Program-made: the position numbers and the translations under genes | From: Alphaproteobacteria bacterium | GTDB lineage: Bacteria > Pseudomonadota > Alphaproteobacteria > JAAXGF01 | Direction: 5' to 3' | NCBI GenBank assembly: GCA_963555825.3 | Contig: CAUVXB020000002.1 | Location: forward strand, 1,152,001 to 1,216,000 | DNA: 64,000 bases | Notes under the pieces: model-generated | Told to the model about the DNA's origin: nothing | Databases searched by the model: none | What the model saw: only the letters and a program-made list of their open reading frames with translations | In this document: positions 40,654-51,900 of the stretch, piece after piece | Layout of the letters: each line of letters opens with the position of its first letter | How positions within the stretch are numbered: position 1 is the first letter of the stretch

Positions 40654-41270
40654 GAGGCGTCGCGGCATTCTCGCGCACGATCTCGCCACCGCCGATAATC
40701 GGCGCCTTCGTCGATGTCGGCGCGTTGCTCGAGAAGCGCGATGCGGAAATGACCGGGCACCGTCGCCAGCGTGTCGGCCAGCGCGTGTTCGGTCGACCAG
40801 CGGACGCCCCTGAACAGGCCGCGCGGCGGCGGGCGGCGGCGGGCCAGGCCGATCAGCCAGTAGCCGCCGTCGGTCGCCGGGCCGAACACCGCGTCGGCCG
40901 CGCCCAGTGCGTGGAAGGCGCGTGCGACCTGCCCGGCGTCGAGTTCGGGCATGTCGGTGCCGACGATGATTGCCGGACCCGGTGGCAGGCGCCCAAACGC
41001 CCGCACCATGCGCGCGCCGAGATCGCCCGGGCCTTGCGCGATGCGGGACAGTTCGTTGGGCCAGAAACCGGCGCCCGTGAACCGGTCGGGCGTCACGGCG
41101 AGTCCGGTGCGCCAGCGCGCGTCATTCGCGACGCGGCCGAGGACGCGCGTCGTGCAGCCGCGGTAGAAGCGCCACGCCGCGAGCGCGCCGATGTCGGCGG
41201 CGAGCCGCGTCTTGACGGCGCCCAAGCGCGGCGCGCGCAGGAAGACCACCAGGTGGCGCGCCGGCCTCAC
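40593..41270 (-). CDS. DUF2064/TIGR04282-like transferase
   Basis: PRLGAVKTRLA, QGPGDLGARM, VGTDMP, GPATDGGYWLIG, VRWST. Confidence 0.85.
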   Translation of the reverse strand: MRPARHLVVFLRAPRLGAVKTRLAADIGALAAWRFYRGCTTRVLGRVANDARWRTGLAVTPDRFTGAGFWPNELSRIAQGPGDLGARMVRAFGRLPPGPAIIVGTDMPELDAGQVARAFHALGAADAVFGPATDGGYWLIGLARRRPPPRGLFRGVRWSTEHALADTLATVPGHFRIALLEQRADIDEGADYRRWRDRARECRDASNSGDVPKPREIIKQEQLVE

Positions 41271-41956
41271 CCGTAGAGGCGCGCGATGGTGCGCGTCGGC
41301 AGGCCGGCGAAATAGAGCCCGAGGCACGCCAGGTTGCGCGCCGAACGCCTCAGGTAGCCGGCGCGCCGGTAGCGCTCGGCCGAGGTCACCGCGGCGGCGT
41401 CGAGCAGTGCCAGCCGCGCGCGGCCAATGCGCCGGACCAGCTCGACGTCCTCCATCAGCGGCAGCGGCCGGAAGCCGCCGAGCGCGTCGTAGAAGGTGCG
41501 TGCAATCAACAATCCCTGGTCGCCATAGGGCAGCGCCAGCGCGCGGCTGCGCCAGGCGACGACCGCCTCGAGGCGGCGCGCCGCCGGCGTCGCGTCGTCG
41601 AGCGTGAAGCGGAAGGCGGCGGCGCGTGCCGCGTTGCCGGGGTCGGCGATGAAGCCGCGCGCCGCCTCGGCCCAGCCCGGCGCAAGCCATGTGTCGGCAT
41701 GCAGGAACAAGAGCCAGGGCGCCGTGACCAGGGCCGCGCCGGCGGCGAGCTGTGCGCCACGGCCGCGCGCGGTGTTGATGACGCGGGCGCCGTACCGTGC
41801 CGCGACCGCGCGCGTCGCGTCGGTCGAGCCACCGTCGGCGACGACGATCTCGCCGACCAGCGATCCGCCGTGATCGAGTGCCGCGAGACAGTGGCCCAGG
41901 CCGGCCGCCGAACCGAGCGTCGGGACGACGACGCCGAGCGACGACTCAGGCGGCAC
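41267..41956 (-). CDS. GT2 glycosyltransferase (TIGR04283-like)
   Basis: DGGSTD, GRGAQL, LFLHAD, PYGDQG, LMEDVE. Confidence 0.88.
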   Translation of the reverse strand: MPPESSLGVVVPTLGSAAGLGHCLAALDHGGSLVGEIVVADGGSTDATRAVAARYGARVINTARGRGAQLAAGAALVTAPWLLFLHADTWLAPGWAEAARGFIADPGNAARAAAFRFTLDDATPAARRLEAVVAWRSRALALPYGDQGLLIARTFYDALGGFRPLPLMEDVELVRRIGRARLALLDAAAVTSAERYRRAGYLRRSARNLACLGLYFAGLPTRTIARLYG

Positions 41957-43115
41957 AGAAGATGTCCTCGACCAGCGTCACCCAATAGCGCGCGCCGATC
42001 GGCAGGATGTCGTCGTTGAAGTCGTAATGCGGGTTGTGGCACTCGACCGCGTGATCGCCCTCGCCGTTGCCGATGAACAGATAACAGCCGGGCCGCTCAA
42101 GCAGCATGAACGAGAAGTCCTCGCTCGCCATCATCGGCAGTCCACCGGCGCCGACGTTCTCGGCCCCGACGGTGCGAATCGCGGCCTGGCGCGCGATCTC
42201 GGTCTCGGCCGCATGGTTGATGGTCGGCGGATAACCACGCTCGTATTCGACCTCGGCGGTCGCGCCGTGTGCCTGGGCGACGCCCTCGGCGATGCGCCGG
42301 ATCGAGCCTTCGATCTCGTCCTGCAGCTCGACCGTGAAGGCGCGCGCGCTGCCGACCATCTCGGCGGTCTCGGGGATCACGTTGCCGGCATTGCCGGCGC
42401 GCAGCACGGTGGTGCTGACGACGACTGAGCAGAGCGGGTCGACGCGCCTCGCGGCGATGGTCTGCAGCGCGACGATGATCTCGCTCGCGATATAGACCGG
42501 GTCGACCGCGTAATGCGGGTACGCGGCGTGGCCGCCGACGCCGGTGATCTTGACGCGGTATTCGTCGGCCGCCGCCATGACCGGCCCCGCGGCGACCGAG
42601 AAGTGGCCGGCCGGCAGGCCCGGCATATTGTGCATGCCCCAGACGCTCTCGACCGGGAACTTTTCGAACAGGCCGTCCTCGATCATGTATTTGGCGCCGC
42701 CGTACATCTCCTCGGCGGGCTGGAAGATGAAGTGGATGGTGCCGTTGAAGTCGCGGTTCCGGGCCAAGTAGCGCGCCGCGCCGAGCAGCATGGTGGTGTG
42801 GCCGTCGTGGCCGCAGGCATGCATCTTGCCGTCGTGCTGCGAACGGTGGTCGAAGGTGTTGAGCTCATCGACGGGCAGCGCGTCCATGTCGGCGCGCAGC
42901 CCGATGGCGCGGTTCGAATCGCCGGCGCGCAGCGTGCCGACGACGCCGGTCTTGCCCAGGCCGCGATCGACATCGAGGCCCCAACTCGCGAGCTTCGCGG
43001 CGACGATGTCGGCGGTGCGCACCTCCTCGAAGGCGATCTCAGGGTGGCGGTGTATGTCGTGCCGAATTTCGATCAGCTCGTCATGAAGCTCGGCGATTCG
43101 ATGCTCGGTCGACAT
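41946..43115 (-). CDS. M20 amidohydrolase (hippurate hydrolase-like)
   Basis: HRHPE, RADMDAL, MHACGHDGH, FQPAEE, SEDF. Confidence 0.93.
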   Translation of the reverse strand: MSTEHRIAELHDELIEIRHDIHRHPEIAFEEVRTADIVAAKLASWGLDVDRGLGKTGVVGTLRAGDSNRAIGLRADMDALPVDELNTFDHRSQHDGKMHACGHDGHTTMLLGAARYLARNRDFNGTIHFIFQPAEEMYGGAKYMIEDGLFEKFPVESVWGMHNMPGLPAGHFSVAAGPVMAAADEYRVKITGVGGHAAYPHYAVDPVYIASEIIVALQTIAARRVDPLCSVVVSTTVLRAGNAGNVIPETAEMVGSARAFTVELQDEIEGSIRRIAEGVAQAHGATAEVEYERGYPPTINHAAETEIARQAAIRTVGAENVGAGGLPMMASEDFSFMLLERPGCYLFIGNGEGDHAVECHNPHYDFNDDILPIGARYWVTLVEDIFCAA

Positions 43116-43221
43116 GGCTGCCCTCGCTATCCCTGAAATCCGACGCATTTCACAGGAATGTAGCGCAAAGCCGCGCGACCGCCCGAAGTTTGTTGGTTGT
43201 TGTCGACGTTCTCGTCGAATT

Positions 43222-43236
43222 GTTCTTGTAATGTTC
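43222..43236. promoter_or_regulatory. Alphaproteobacterial LexA (SOS) box
   Basis: GTTC-TTGTAAT-GTTC is an exact GTTC-N7-GTTC, 25 bp upstream of the radical SAM gene. Confidence 0.78.
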
Positions 43237-43260
43237 GCATTGCCAACCTATAACGATGCC

Positions 43261-44340
43261 ATGCAGACGGCGACCCCCCGCCTCTACCGCAAGGGCCGCG
43301 GCGCGGTAAGCAACGCCGACGGGCGTTTCGAGCCGACGACGCGCATCGCGCTCGACGACGGCTGGGGCGGGCTCGACGCCGAGCCGGCGCCGCTGCGCAC
43401 TACTGTCCAGCACGACCGGACCAAGAGCGTGATCACACGCAATGCGTCGCCCGACGTGCCCTTCGATCGCTCGATCAACCCCTACCGCGGCTGCGAGCAC
43501 GGCTGCGTCTACTGCTTCGCGCGGCCGACCCACGCCTTCCTCGGCCTGTCGCCCGGCCAGGACTTCGAAACGCGGCTGTTCGACAAGCCCGACGCGCCCG
43601 CGCTGCTGGCCGATGAACTGCGCCGGCCGAACTACCGCTGCGCGGTCATCGCGCTCGGCACCAGCACCGATCCGTACCAGCCGATCGAGCGCGAGCGGCG
43701 CATCACGCGCGGCATCCTCGAGGTCCTTGCGGCGTTCAACCACCCGGTCGGCATCGTCACCAAGGGCGCCATGGTGACGCGCGACATCGACATCCTGGCG
43801 CCGATGGCGGCCAAGGGGCTGGCCAAGGTCTATGTCTCGGTGACGACGCTCGACCGTGGCCTCGCCCGCCGCCTCGAGCCGCGTGCATCGACGCCAACGC
43901 GGCGTCTCGAGGCGGTGCGCGAACTCGCCGCGGCGGGTATCCCGACGGGCGTGCTGGTGGCGCCGATCATCCCGGCGATCAACGACGGCGAGATCGAGGC
44001 GATCCTCGATGCCGCGCGCGACGCCGGCGCGTCGTCGGCGAGCTACGTGCTGCTCCGGCTGCCTTACGAGATCAAGGACCTGTTCACCGAATGGCTCGCG
44101 GTCCACGCGCCGCTCAAGGCCGACCACGTCATGAGCCTGGTGCGGCAGTCGCGCGGCGGCCGCGCCTACGACGCGACCTGGGGACGGCGCATGAAGGGCA
44201 CCGGACCTTACGCCGAGATGATCGGCCAGCGATTCCGCCTGGCCTGCCGCCAGCGCGGCCTGGGCGCACGCGACACCACGCTCGACACCACGCTGTTCCG
44301 CCCGCCGCCCCGCGCCGGCGACCAGCTTTCGCTGCTCTAA
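43261..44340 (+). CDS. PA0069-family (SplB-like) radical SAM protein
   Basis: NPYRGCEHGCVYCFAR (CxxxCxxC), TDPYQP, C-terminal QLSL. Confidence 0.9.
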   Translation: MQTATPRLYRKGRGAVSNADGRFEPTTRIALDDGWGGLDAEPAPLRTTVQHDRTKSVITRNASPDVPFDRSINPYRGCEHGCVYCFARPTHAFLGLSPGQDFETRLFDKPDAPALLADELRRPNYRCAVIALGTSTDPYQPIERERRITRGILEVLAAFNHPVGIVTKGAMVTRDIDILAPMAAKGLAKVYVSVTTLDRGLARRLEPRASTPTRRLEAVRELAAAGIPTGVLVAPIIPAINDGEIEAILDAARDAGASSASYVLLRLPYEIKDLFTEWLAVHAPLKADHVMSLVRQSRGGRAYDATWGRRMKGTGPYAEMIGQRFRLACRQRGLGARDTTLDTTLFRPPPRAGDQLSLL

Positions 44341-44476
44341 CACGTTGTCTGATCGGTCAGCATCTGTCGGATTCTACCAGCCCGCGACCGCGGGCCGCCG
44401 ATCGTTCGGCGGAAGCATGCGCGGCGATTGAGCGCAGGTCACCTTTACTGGCAAAGGTGACCGCACATAGAACTAG
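44338..44476 (+). repeat. Structured intergenic repeat, family A, copy 3
   Basis: CTACCAGCCCGCGACCGCGGGCCGCCG...GCGCGGCGATTGAGCGCAGGTCACCTTTAC...GGTGACCGCAC. Confidence 0.8.
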
Positions 44477-44530
44477 TCACCGCTTAGGCTAGGCCGCGCG
44501 GGGCTCCGCCGTGCTACACTCGGCGGCGTC

Positions 44531-46000
44531 ATGGAGGTCCATCACTCACTCACCTTTATCGCGCTGGTCGCGGTCGCCGCGTTGATCTGCGGGCTGGTCA
44601 TGGCGCGTCTCAAGCAACCGGCGATCGTCGGCTACATCCTGGCCGGCGTGCTGCTGGGCCCGTCCGGCCTCGCCCTGGTCGAGGACCGCGAGCAGATCAA
44701 CGAGCTCGCCGAGCTCGGCGTCCTGATGCTGGTCTTCCTGATCGGCATGGAGCTATCCCTGCGCGCCTTCATCACGGTGCTGCGCATCGCGCTCTTGGGC
44801 ACGCTGCTGCAGATCGCCATCTCGCTGGCGGTCACGCTGGCGCTGTCCCAGCTGCTCGGCTGGCCGATCGGGCTCGCCGTGCTGCTCGGTTTCGTCATCG
44901 CGCTGTCGTCGACCGCGGTCGCGATCAAGATGCTCGAGGACATCGACGAGCTGCGCAGCGATATCGGGCGGCGCTCCGTCGGCATCCTGATCGCCCAGGA
45001 CCTCGCGGTGGTGCCGATGATGCTGACGCTCAACGGCATGGCCAGCGAAGGCGGCTTCGACGTCGTCGCCGTCGTCGTCATCGCGCTCGCCACCGGCTTC
45101 CTGGCGCTGTTCGTCTGGTATTTGAGCCGGCGTCAGCGCATCCGCCTGCCGATGAGCCGCTGGGTCGTCGGAGATCACGACCTGACGCCGCTCGCCGCGC
45201 TCGCCTATTGCTTCGCCGCGGCGGCGATCTCGGGCTTGCTCGGCCTGTCGGCGGCCTATGGCGCGTTCCTCGCCGGCCTGCTGGTCGGCGCCAGCACCGA
45301 CCGCGCCACGATGATGCGCGCGACGCACCCGATCCAGGCGGTGCTGCTGATGATCTTCTTCCTCTCGATCGGCCTGTTGATCGACCTCAACTATATTTGG
45401 CAGAACCTGGCGAGCGTGCTTGTGCTGTTGCTCATCGTCACGGTCGGCAAGACAGTGTTGAACGTCGGCATCCTACGCTTGCTCGGCGAGCCCTGGCCGC
45501 GCGCCTTCCTGAGCGGCGTGATCCTCGGCCAGATCGGCGAGTTCTCCTTCGTCATCGCCGCGCTCGGCCTGTCGAACGGGCTGATCAGCGTCGCCGACCA
45601 TCGGCTCGTCGTCTCGGTCATCGCGCTCAGCCTGATGATCAGCCCGCTGTGGCTCGACGTCGCGCGCCGCCTGGATGAGTTCGCCACGGCCGGCATTCCG
45701 ACGCTCAAGGAGTTGCTCGGCAAGCTCTACCCGCGCGAGACCGCGGCCGTGAAGCAGACCACCGACGTCGCGGTCCAGCGCACCCAGGAGATGGTGATCT
45801 CGATCGAACGCCGCTCGCGCGGCCGGCTGCCCGGCTGGCTGGCGCGCCTGATGCGCCGTTTCACCCGGCGCCCGGCCGACGACCCCGACGCCGCCTTCGA
45901 GGACGACGCCGACGGCGAGGAAAGCGCCGGCAAGACGCCGCGCGCGATCGTCGCGCCGGACGACGATGAGACGACAAAGGCTTCCGGCGACACCGCCTGA
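44531..46000 (+). CDS. CPA2 cation:proton antiporter
   Basis: [39 protein letters not shown]. Confidence 0.9.
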   Translation: MEVHHSLTFIALVAVAALICGLVMARLKQPAIVGYILAGVLLGPSGLALVEDREQINELAELGVLMLVFLIGMELSLRAFITVLRIALLGTLLQIAISLAVTLALSQLLGWPIGLAVLLGFVIALSSTAVAIKMLEDIDELRSDIGRRSVGILIAQDLAVVPMMLTLNGMASEGGFDVVAVVVIALATGFLALFVWYLSRRQRIRLPMSRWVVGDHDLTPLAALAYCFAAAAISGLLGLSAAYGAFLAGLLVGASTDRATMMRATHPIQAVLLMIFFLSIGLLIDLNYIWQNLASVLVLLLIVTVGKTVLNVGILRLLGEPWPRAFLSGVILGQIGEFSFVIAALGLSNGLISVADHRLVVSVIALSLMISPLWLDVARRLDEFATAGIPTLKELLGKLYPRETAAVKQTTDVAVQRTQEMVISIERRSRGRLPGWLARLMRRFTRRPADDPDAAFEDDADGEESAGKTPRAIVAPDDDETTKASGDTA

Positions 46001-46589
46001 CTTCGCGCTCGAGAGCGCGCTCGACGGCCCGGTCGCGGGCGTCGACGAGGCCGGCCGCGGCCCCTGGGCCGGCCCCGTGGTCGCTGGCGCGGCGATCCTG
46101 GATCCGGCCGATGCGCCCGAAGGCATCGCCGATTCCAAGATGCTGAGCCGGGCGCGGCGCGAAGCGCTCTACGACGCGCTCGCCGGCTGCGCGCGGCTCG
46201 GCGTCGGCGTCGCCAGCGTCGCCGAGATCGACCGGCTCAACATTCTCGCCGCGACGATGCTCGCGATGCGCCGCGCAGTCGACGATCTGGGCGTTGTGCC
46301 CGGCCATGTGCTGGTCGACGGCAACCGCCTACCAGAGCTGCCCTGCCCGGCCACCGCGGTGGTGCGCGGCGACGCGCGCTGCGTCTCGATCGCCGCCGCC
46401 TCGATCGTCGCCAAGGTGACGCGCGACCGCATCATGGCCGACCTGGCGCGCGCCCATCCGGGCTTCGGCTGGGAGCGCAACGCCGGCTACGGCACCGCCG
46501 AACACCGTGCCGCGCTCGATGCGTTGGGCGTCACGCCGCACCACCGGCGCAGCTTCGCACCGGTCGCCGCCCGGCGTAGCGAGACTTAA
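45966..46589 (+). CDS. rnhB: Ribonuclease HII
   Basis: [30 protein letters not shown]. Confidence 0.95.
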   Translation: MRRQRLPATPPDFALESALDGPVAGVDEAGRGPWAGPVVAGAAILDPADAPEGIADSKMLSRARREALYDALAGCARLGVGVASVAEIDRLNILAATMLAMRRAVDDLGVVPGHVLVDGNRLPELPCPATAVVRGDARCVSIAAASIVAKVTRDRIMADLARAHPGFGWERNAGYGTAEHRAALDALGVTPHHRRSFAPVAARRSET

Positions 46590-47661
46590 GGTCTGCGGTC
46601 TCCGCCAGCGCGTGGCGCACCACCTTCTTCATCGCCGTCGGCAGGGCGTGATCGGCGAAACGGTCGGGTGGGCACCAAACGCCGGCGGGCGCGTCAGTCA
46701 CCCGGGCGGTCAGCAGCTCGAGCTCGAGACGGAAATGGGTGAAGCCGTGGTGGACGATTCCCGGAAGACGCCGCCAGCGCGCCTTGACCGGCGCATGGCC
46801 ACGCGCTTCGGCGACCGTCCAGGCGGCCTCGCGCCAGGGCGTCGAGGGCACCTCCATCATGCCGCCGAACAAGCCTTCGTCGGGGCGCCGGCGGAGCAGC
46901 ACGGCGCCGTCGTCGCGCACCGCCCAGAAGGCGACGCCGCGCCGCGTCGGCCGCGCCCGCTTAGGCGAGCGCCGCGGCAATTCGGCGGCGATGCCACGCC
47001 GCCGCGCAAGGCAGGCGCCCGACCAGGGACAGAGCGCGCAGGCCGGCGCGCGCGGCGTGCAGATCGTCGCGCCCAGATCCATCACCGCCTGGGCGTAGTC
47101 GCCGGGCCGCATTTGCGGTGTAAGACTTCGGGCCAATTGGCGCAGCTCGGCCTTGGCGCCGGGCAGCGGGTCGCGCACGCCGAACAGCCGCGCCATGACG
47201 CGCTCGACGTTGCCGTCGACCACCGTCGCCGGACGATCGAAGGCGATCGCGGCAATCGCCGCGGCGCTATAGGCGCCGATGCCGGGCAGCGCGCGCAGTC
47301 CCGACTCGTCACCGGGGAAGCCGCCGCGCGCGGCAACCGCGACGGCGCATTTGTGCAGGTTGCGCGCCCGCGCATAGTAACCGAGCCCCTGCCAGGCGTG
47401 CAGCACGTCGTCGAGCGACGCCCCCGCGAGGTCCTCGATGCGCGGCCAGCGCTCGAGGAAGGCGCGGAAATAGGGCGCGACGGTCGCCACCGTGGTCTGC
47501 TGCAGCATGATCTCGCTGAGCCAGACGCGGTACGGATCGGCGGTTGCGCCCGGCGGGCCGCGCCATGGCAGGCGGCGCGCGTGGCGGTCGTACCACGCGA
47601 GCAGCGCCGCGACGCTCGGGAAATCGCCCGCCGCCGTTTGGGACGTTGACTGAGGCGTCAT
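46531..47661 (-). CDS. mutY: A/G-specific adenine glycosylase
   Basis: [30 protein letters not shown], Fe-S cysteines. Confidence 0.94.
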   Translation of the reverse strand: MTPQSTSQTAAGDFPSVAALLAWYDRHARRLPWRGPPGATADPYRVWLSEIMLQQTTVATVAPYFRAFLERWPRIEDLAGASLDDVLHAWQGLGYYARARNLHKCAVAVAARGGFPGDESGLRALPGIGAYSAAAIAAIAFDRPATVVDGNVERVMARLFGVRDPLPGAKAELRQLARSLTPQMRPGDYAQAVMDLGATICTPRAPACALCPWSGACLARRRGIAAELPRRSPKRARPTRRGVAFWAVRDDGAVLLRRRPDEGLFGGMMEVPSTPWREAAWTVAEARGHAPVKARWRRLPGIVHHGFTHFRLELELLTARVTDAPAGVWCPPDRFADHALPTAMKKVVRHALAETADLKSRYAGRRPVRSCAGGAA

Positions 47662-47733
47662 CGCGTGCCACCAAGTGAGACCCGTCGGCGCCAGTGTGCC
47701 ACAGACGCCGGCCGGCGGCACGCGAGAGGCGCG

Positions 47734-48246
47734 ATGACAGTGATCAAGCGCGGCGGTGGCCCACGCGGCCTCGCCGCCACCATGCCCAAGGTGACCAAGC
47801 CGCTGTTCCGCGCGCGCGGCTTCTACGAGGCGCGTGTCGTCACCGACTGGCCCGACATCGTCGGCGCGCCGCTCTGCGATCACTGCTGTCCGGAACGGCT
47901 CGGCCGCGACGGCGCGCTCCACGTCCGCGTCTCGGGCGGCTGGGCGCTCGAGCTCAAGCATCTCGAGCCGTTGGTCGTCGAGCGCATCGCCGGCTATTTC
48001 GGTTATCGCGCGGTCACCCGCCTGACGCTGATGCAGGGCCCGCTGCCAGCGCGCTCGAAACGGCGCATCCGGCGCATCCGCCCGCTCGACGACGACGGCG
48101 AACGGACGCTGGCCGATTGCCTCGCGGCAACCGACGACCCGGCGCTGCGCGCCTCGCTCGAACGGCTCGGACGGGCGATTCTCGGCGGCAGCGAGACGGT
48201 CGACGCGGCGGAGGGCGTCTCGCCACCGGCGAAAAACGGCGCTTGA
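47734..48246 (+). CDS. DUF721/DciA-family protein
   Basis: WPDIVG, ALELKH, ERIAGYFG; mutY-DUF721-dsbA-smc synteny. Confidence 0.82.
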   Translation: MTVIKRGGGPRGLAATMPKVTKPLFRARGFYEARVVTDWPDIVGAPLCDHCCPERLGRDGALHVRVSGGWALELKHLEPLVVERIAGYFGYRAVTRLTLMQGPLPARSKRRIRRIRPLDDDGERTLADCLAATDDPALRASLERLGRAILGGSETVDAAEGVSPPAKNGA

Positions 48247-48318
48247 GCGAGGATTCGCGGGGACGTATACTCCCCGCACATGCAGTAACCAACACATCGA
48301 TTGTATACCAGTTCTAGT

Positions 48319-48969
48319 ATGTTAGAGAGTCGACAGCGAATCGCAGAAGGGCGCGCGTTCCGACGCAGGGACGCGCTTGTCGTTATCGGTGGCGCGGGGC
48401 TCGCGCTCGCCGCGCCCGCGTTCGCGCACCACAGCGCCGGCGGCGGGGACGATTCCGAGATGGTCATGGGCGCGGCCGACGCGCCGGTCACGATCATCGA
48501 GTATTCGTCGCTGACCTGCCCGCACTGCGCCACGTTCCACGGCGAGACGCTGCCGCTGATCAAGGCCAATTACATCGACGCCGGCAAGGCGCGCTTGGTG
48601 TTCCGCGACTTTCCATTCGACCGTCAGGCGCTGCTCGCCGCGGCGCTCGCGCGCTGTGCGGGCGAGGCGCGCTTCTTCGGCTTCGTCGACGTCCTGTTCC
48701 GCACCCAGAAGACCTGGGCGCGCGCGGCGGACCCGGAAGCGGCGCTCGGTCGCATCGCCCGCCTGGCCGGCCTCAAGGAGGACGAAATCACCGCCTGCCT
48801 CGCCGACCAGACGCTGCTCGACAGCATCATGCAGTCGCGGCTCAAAGGCAGCCAGGAGTTCGAGATCAAGTCGACGCCGACCTTCATCATCAACGGTGAG
48901 AAGGTCGTCGGCGCCCAGCCGTACGAGCAGTTCGAAGAAATCATCGAGCGTCTGTTGTCGCAATCATAG
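48319..48969 (+). CDS. DsbA-family thioredoxin
   Basis: EYSSLTCPHC, FRDFP, STPTF. Confidence 0.9.
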   Translation: MLESRQRIAEGRAFRRRDALVVIGGAGLALAAPAFAHHSAGGGDDSEMVMGAADAPVTIIEYSSLTCPHCATFHGETLPLIKANYIDAGKARLVFRDFPFDRQALLAAALARCAGEARFFGFVDVLFRTQKTWARAADPEAALGRIARLAGLKEDEITACLADQTLLDSIMQSRLKGSQEFEIKSTPTFIINGEKVVGAQPYEQFEEIIERLLSQS

Positions 48970-48984
48970 TTTGAGTTTGTACGC

Positions 48985-51900
48985 GTGCATTTTTCGCGCC
49001 TTCGCCTGACCGGGTTCAAATCGTTTGTGGACCCAACCGACCTGCAGATCGAGCCGGGTCTCACCGCTATTGTCGGCCCCAACGGCTGTGGCAAGTCCAA
49101 CCTCGTCGAAGCGCTGCGCTGGGTGATGGGCGAAAATTCGGCGCGCCAGATGCGTGGCCGCGAGATGGACGACGTGATCTTCGGCGGCAGCGCCAACCGG
49201 CCCGGCCGCAACTCGGCCGAAGTCGCCATCCTGCTCGACAACGCCGCGCGCACCGCGCCGCAGGCCTACAACGACCAGAGCGAGATCGAGGTGTCGCGCC
49301 GAATCGACCGCGGCGAGGGCTCGACCTATCGCATCAACGGCAGCGAGACCCGCGCACGCGACGTCCAGCTGCTGTTCGCCGACGAGGTCACCGGCGCGCG
49401 CTCGACCGCATTGGTCAGCCAGGGCGAGATCGGCGCCCTGATCGCCGCCAAGCCGGCGCAGCGCCGCAGGCTCTTGGACGAGGCCGCCGGCATTACCGGG
49501 CTGCACAGCCGCCGCCACGAGGCCGAGTTGCGCCTGCGTGCGGCCGAGGGCAACCTGGAGCGACTCGACGACGTCATGGGCGGGCTCGACGCGCAATACG
49601 ACGGGCTCAAGCGACAGGCGCGCCAGGCCAACCGCTATCGGCGGCTGAACGAACGCATCCGCGAGACCGAGGCTCTCTTGCTCTATCGCCGCTGGCGCGC
49701 CGCCGGCGAGGCGCTGGCCGCCGCCGAACGCGGGCTCGCCGAGATCGAGCAGACCGTCGCCGACGTTCAGGGCGCCGCCGCCGCCGCCGCCACCGCGCAG
49801 GCCGAGGCCGCCGCCGCCATGCCGCCGCTGCGCGAGGCCGAATCGGAAGCGCGCGCGCGGCTGCACCGGCTCGAGGTCGCCCAGGTCGAGCTCGAGGCCG
49901 AGGAACGCCGCCTGGCCGACGCACGCCAGGCGCTCGAGACGCGGCTTGCCCAGATCGACGCCGACGTCGAGCGCGAGACCGCACTGGCCGGCGACGCCGA
50001 GGCCGCGGTCGGGCGCCTCGAGGAGGAACGCACCGCGCTGACCGCCAAGCAGGCCAGCGAGGAAGCCGCCGAGGCGGGCGCCGCAACGGACCGCGACGCG
50101 GCCGCCGAGGCGGTCGCCGAGATCGAGCGCCGCGTCGACGGGTTGGCGACCCGGCTGGCCGGCCAGGAAGCGCGGCGCGGCGCGCTGATGCGTCAGATCG
50201 AGGCCGCCGAAGCGCGCATCGAACACCTGCGCAGACAGGCCGCCGAGGTCGAACGCGAGATCGCCGCCGCCGAGGACGAGACCGCTAACGCCGTGGCGCT
50301 GGCCGACGCCGAAACGGCGCTCGCGACGGCGCGCGACGGCGTCGCCGCCAAGCGCATCGCCGTCGAGGCGGCCGAAGCCGCGCGTAGCGCGGCGCAGACC
50401 AACCTGGCGGCCGTCGGCGAGACACTGCAGGCGGCCGAGGCGGCGTACGCCGCGGCGCGCGCCGAAGAGGCCGCGCTCGCCCGCTCGCTGGGCGCCGGGA
50501 TCGCCGGCGGCTGGTCCGCGCTGATCGACGATATCGAGGTCGAGGCCGGGCTCGAGACCGCGCTCGGCGTCGCGCTCGGCGACGACCTTCTGGCGTCGAC
50601 CGACGCGGCGGCGCCGGTACATTGGCAAACACCCGCCGCCGACGCCAAGGCGCCGGCGCTGCCCAAGGGCGCGACGCCGCTCGGCGACATCGTCAAGGCG
50701 CCGGCGGCGCTGGCGCGGCGCCTGGCGCAGATCGGCGTCGTCGACGCCGACGACGGGCCGCGGCTCCGGAAGAAACTCGCCCAGGGCCAGCGCCTGGTCA
50801 GCCGCGACGGCGCCTTGTGGCGCTGGGACGGCCTGACCGTGGCGAGCGAGGCAGGCAGCCCGGCGGCCGAGCGGCTCAGCAACCGCAACCGGCTCGCCGA
50901 CGCCCGCGCGACGCTCGCCGATTGCGAGACGCGGCGCGACGAGGCGCGGCGCGAGCACGAGGCGGCGCGCGACGCCAACGCACAATCGGCCGCCGACGAG
51001 GCCGCCGCGCGCGGCGTGCTGCGCCGCGCCGAGGACGCCTTGGAAGCAGCGCGCGAGACCCGCGCCGGGCTGACCGCCGCCGCCGCCGCGCAAACGACGC
51101 GGCGCGCCAACCTGGAAGAGGCCCGGACGCGGCTGGCGGGCGAAATCGCCGAGGCCGCCAAGCTACGCGACGACGCCAAGGCCGATCTCGACGCCATGGT
51201 CCCCGACGTCGATGGTCGCGCCGATCTCGATGCGCAGCGCGCCGAGCTGGCCGCGCGACGCGCGCGCCTCACCGAGCGCGACGGCGCCTACAACCGTCTG
51301 CACGGCCAGTCCGAGGTCCGGCGCGAGCGGTTGTGGGCGATCGCCGACGAACTGCCGTCGTGGCAGGGCCGCGCCGAGGGCGCCAAGGCGCGTCTCGAAC
51401 AACTCGCCGAACGGCGCGCCGGGGCGACCACCGAGCTCGAGGCGCTGGCCGACCGGCCGGCGGCGATCGCCGAGCAGCGCGCGGCGTTGTTCGAGCGCCT
51501 GGCTGTCGCCCAGAGCGAACGAAAGACCGCGGCCGACGCGGTCGCCGAGGCCGAAACCCGGCTCGCCGCCTGCGACCGCCGCCTCAAGGAGACCGAGGCC
51601 GCGGTCGGCGAGACGCGCGAGGAGCGCGGCCGCCGCGAGGGCGCCCTGCGCCAGGGCGACGCGACGCGCGACGAGATCGTCCGCACGATCAGCGAGCGCC
51701 TGAACTGCGCGCCGACCGACCTCGCCGGGCTCGCCGGCATCGAGCAAGACGCCGAACTGCCCGACGCCGAGCAGATCGACGCACAGCTCGCGCGGTTCGT
51801 CAGACAGCGCGATGCGATCGGGCCGGTCAACCTGCGCGCCGAGGTCGAAGCCGACGACGTCGAGCAGCGGCTCGGCGAATTGCGCAACGAGCGCGCTGAC

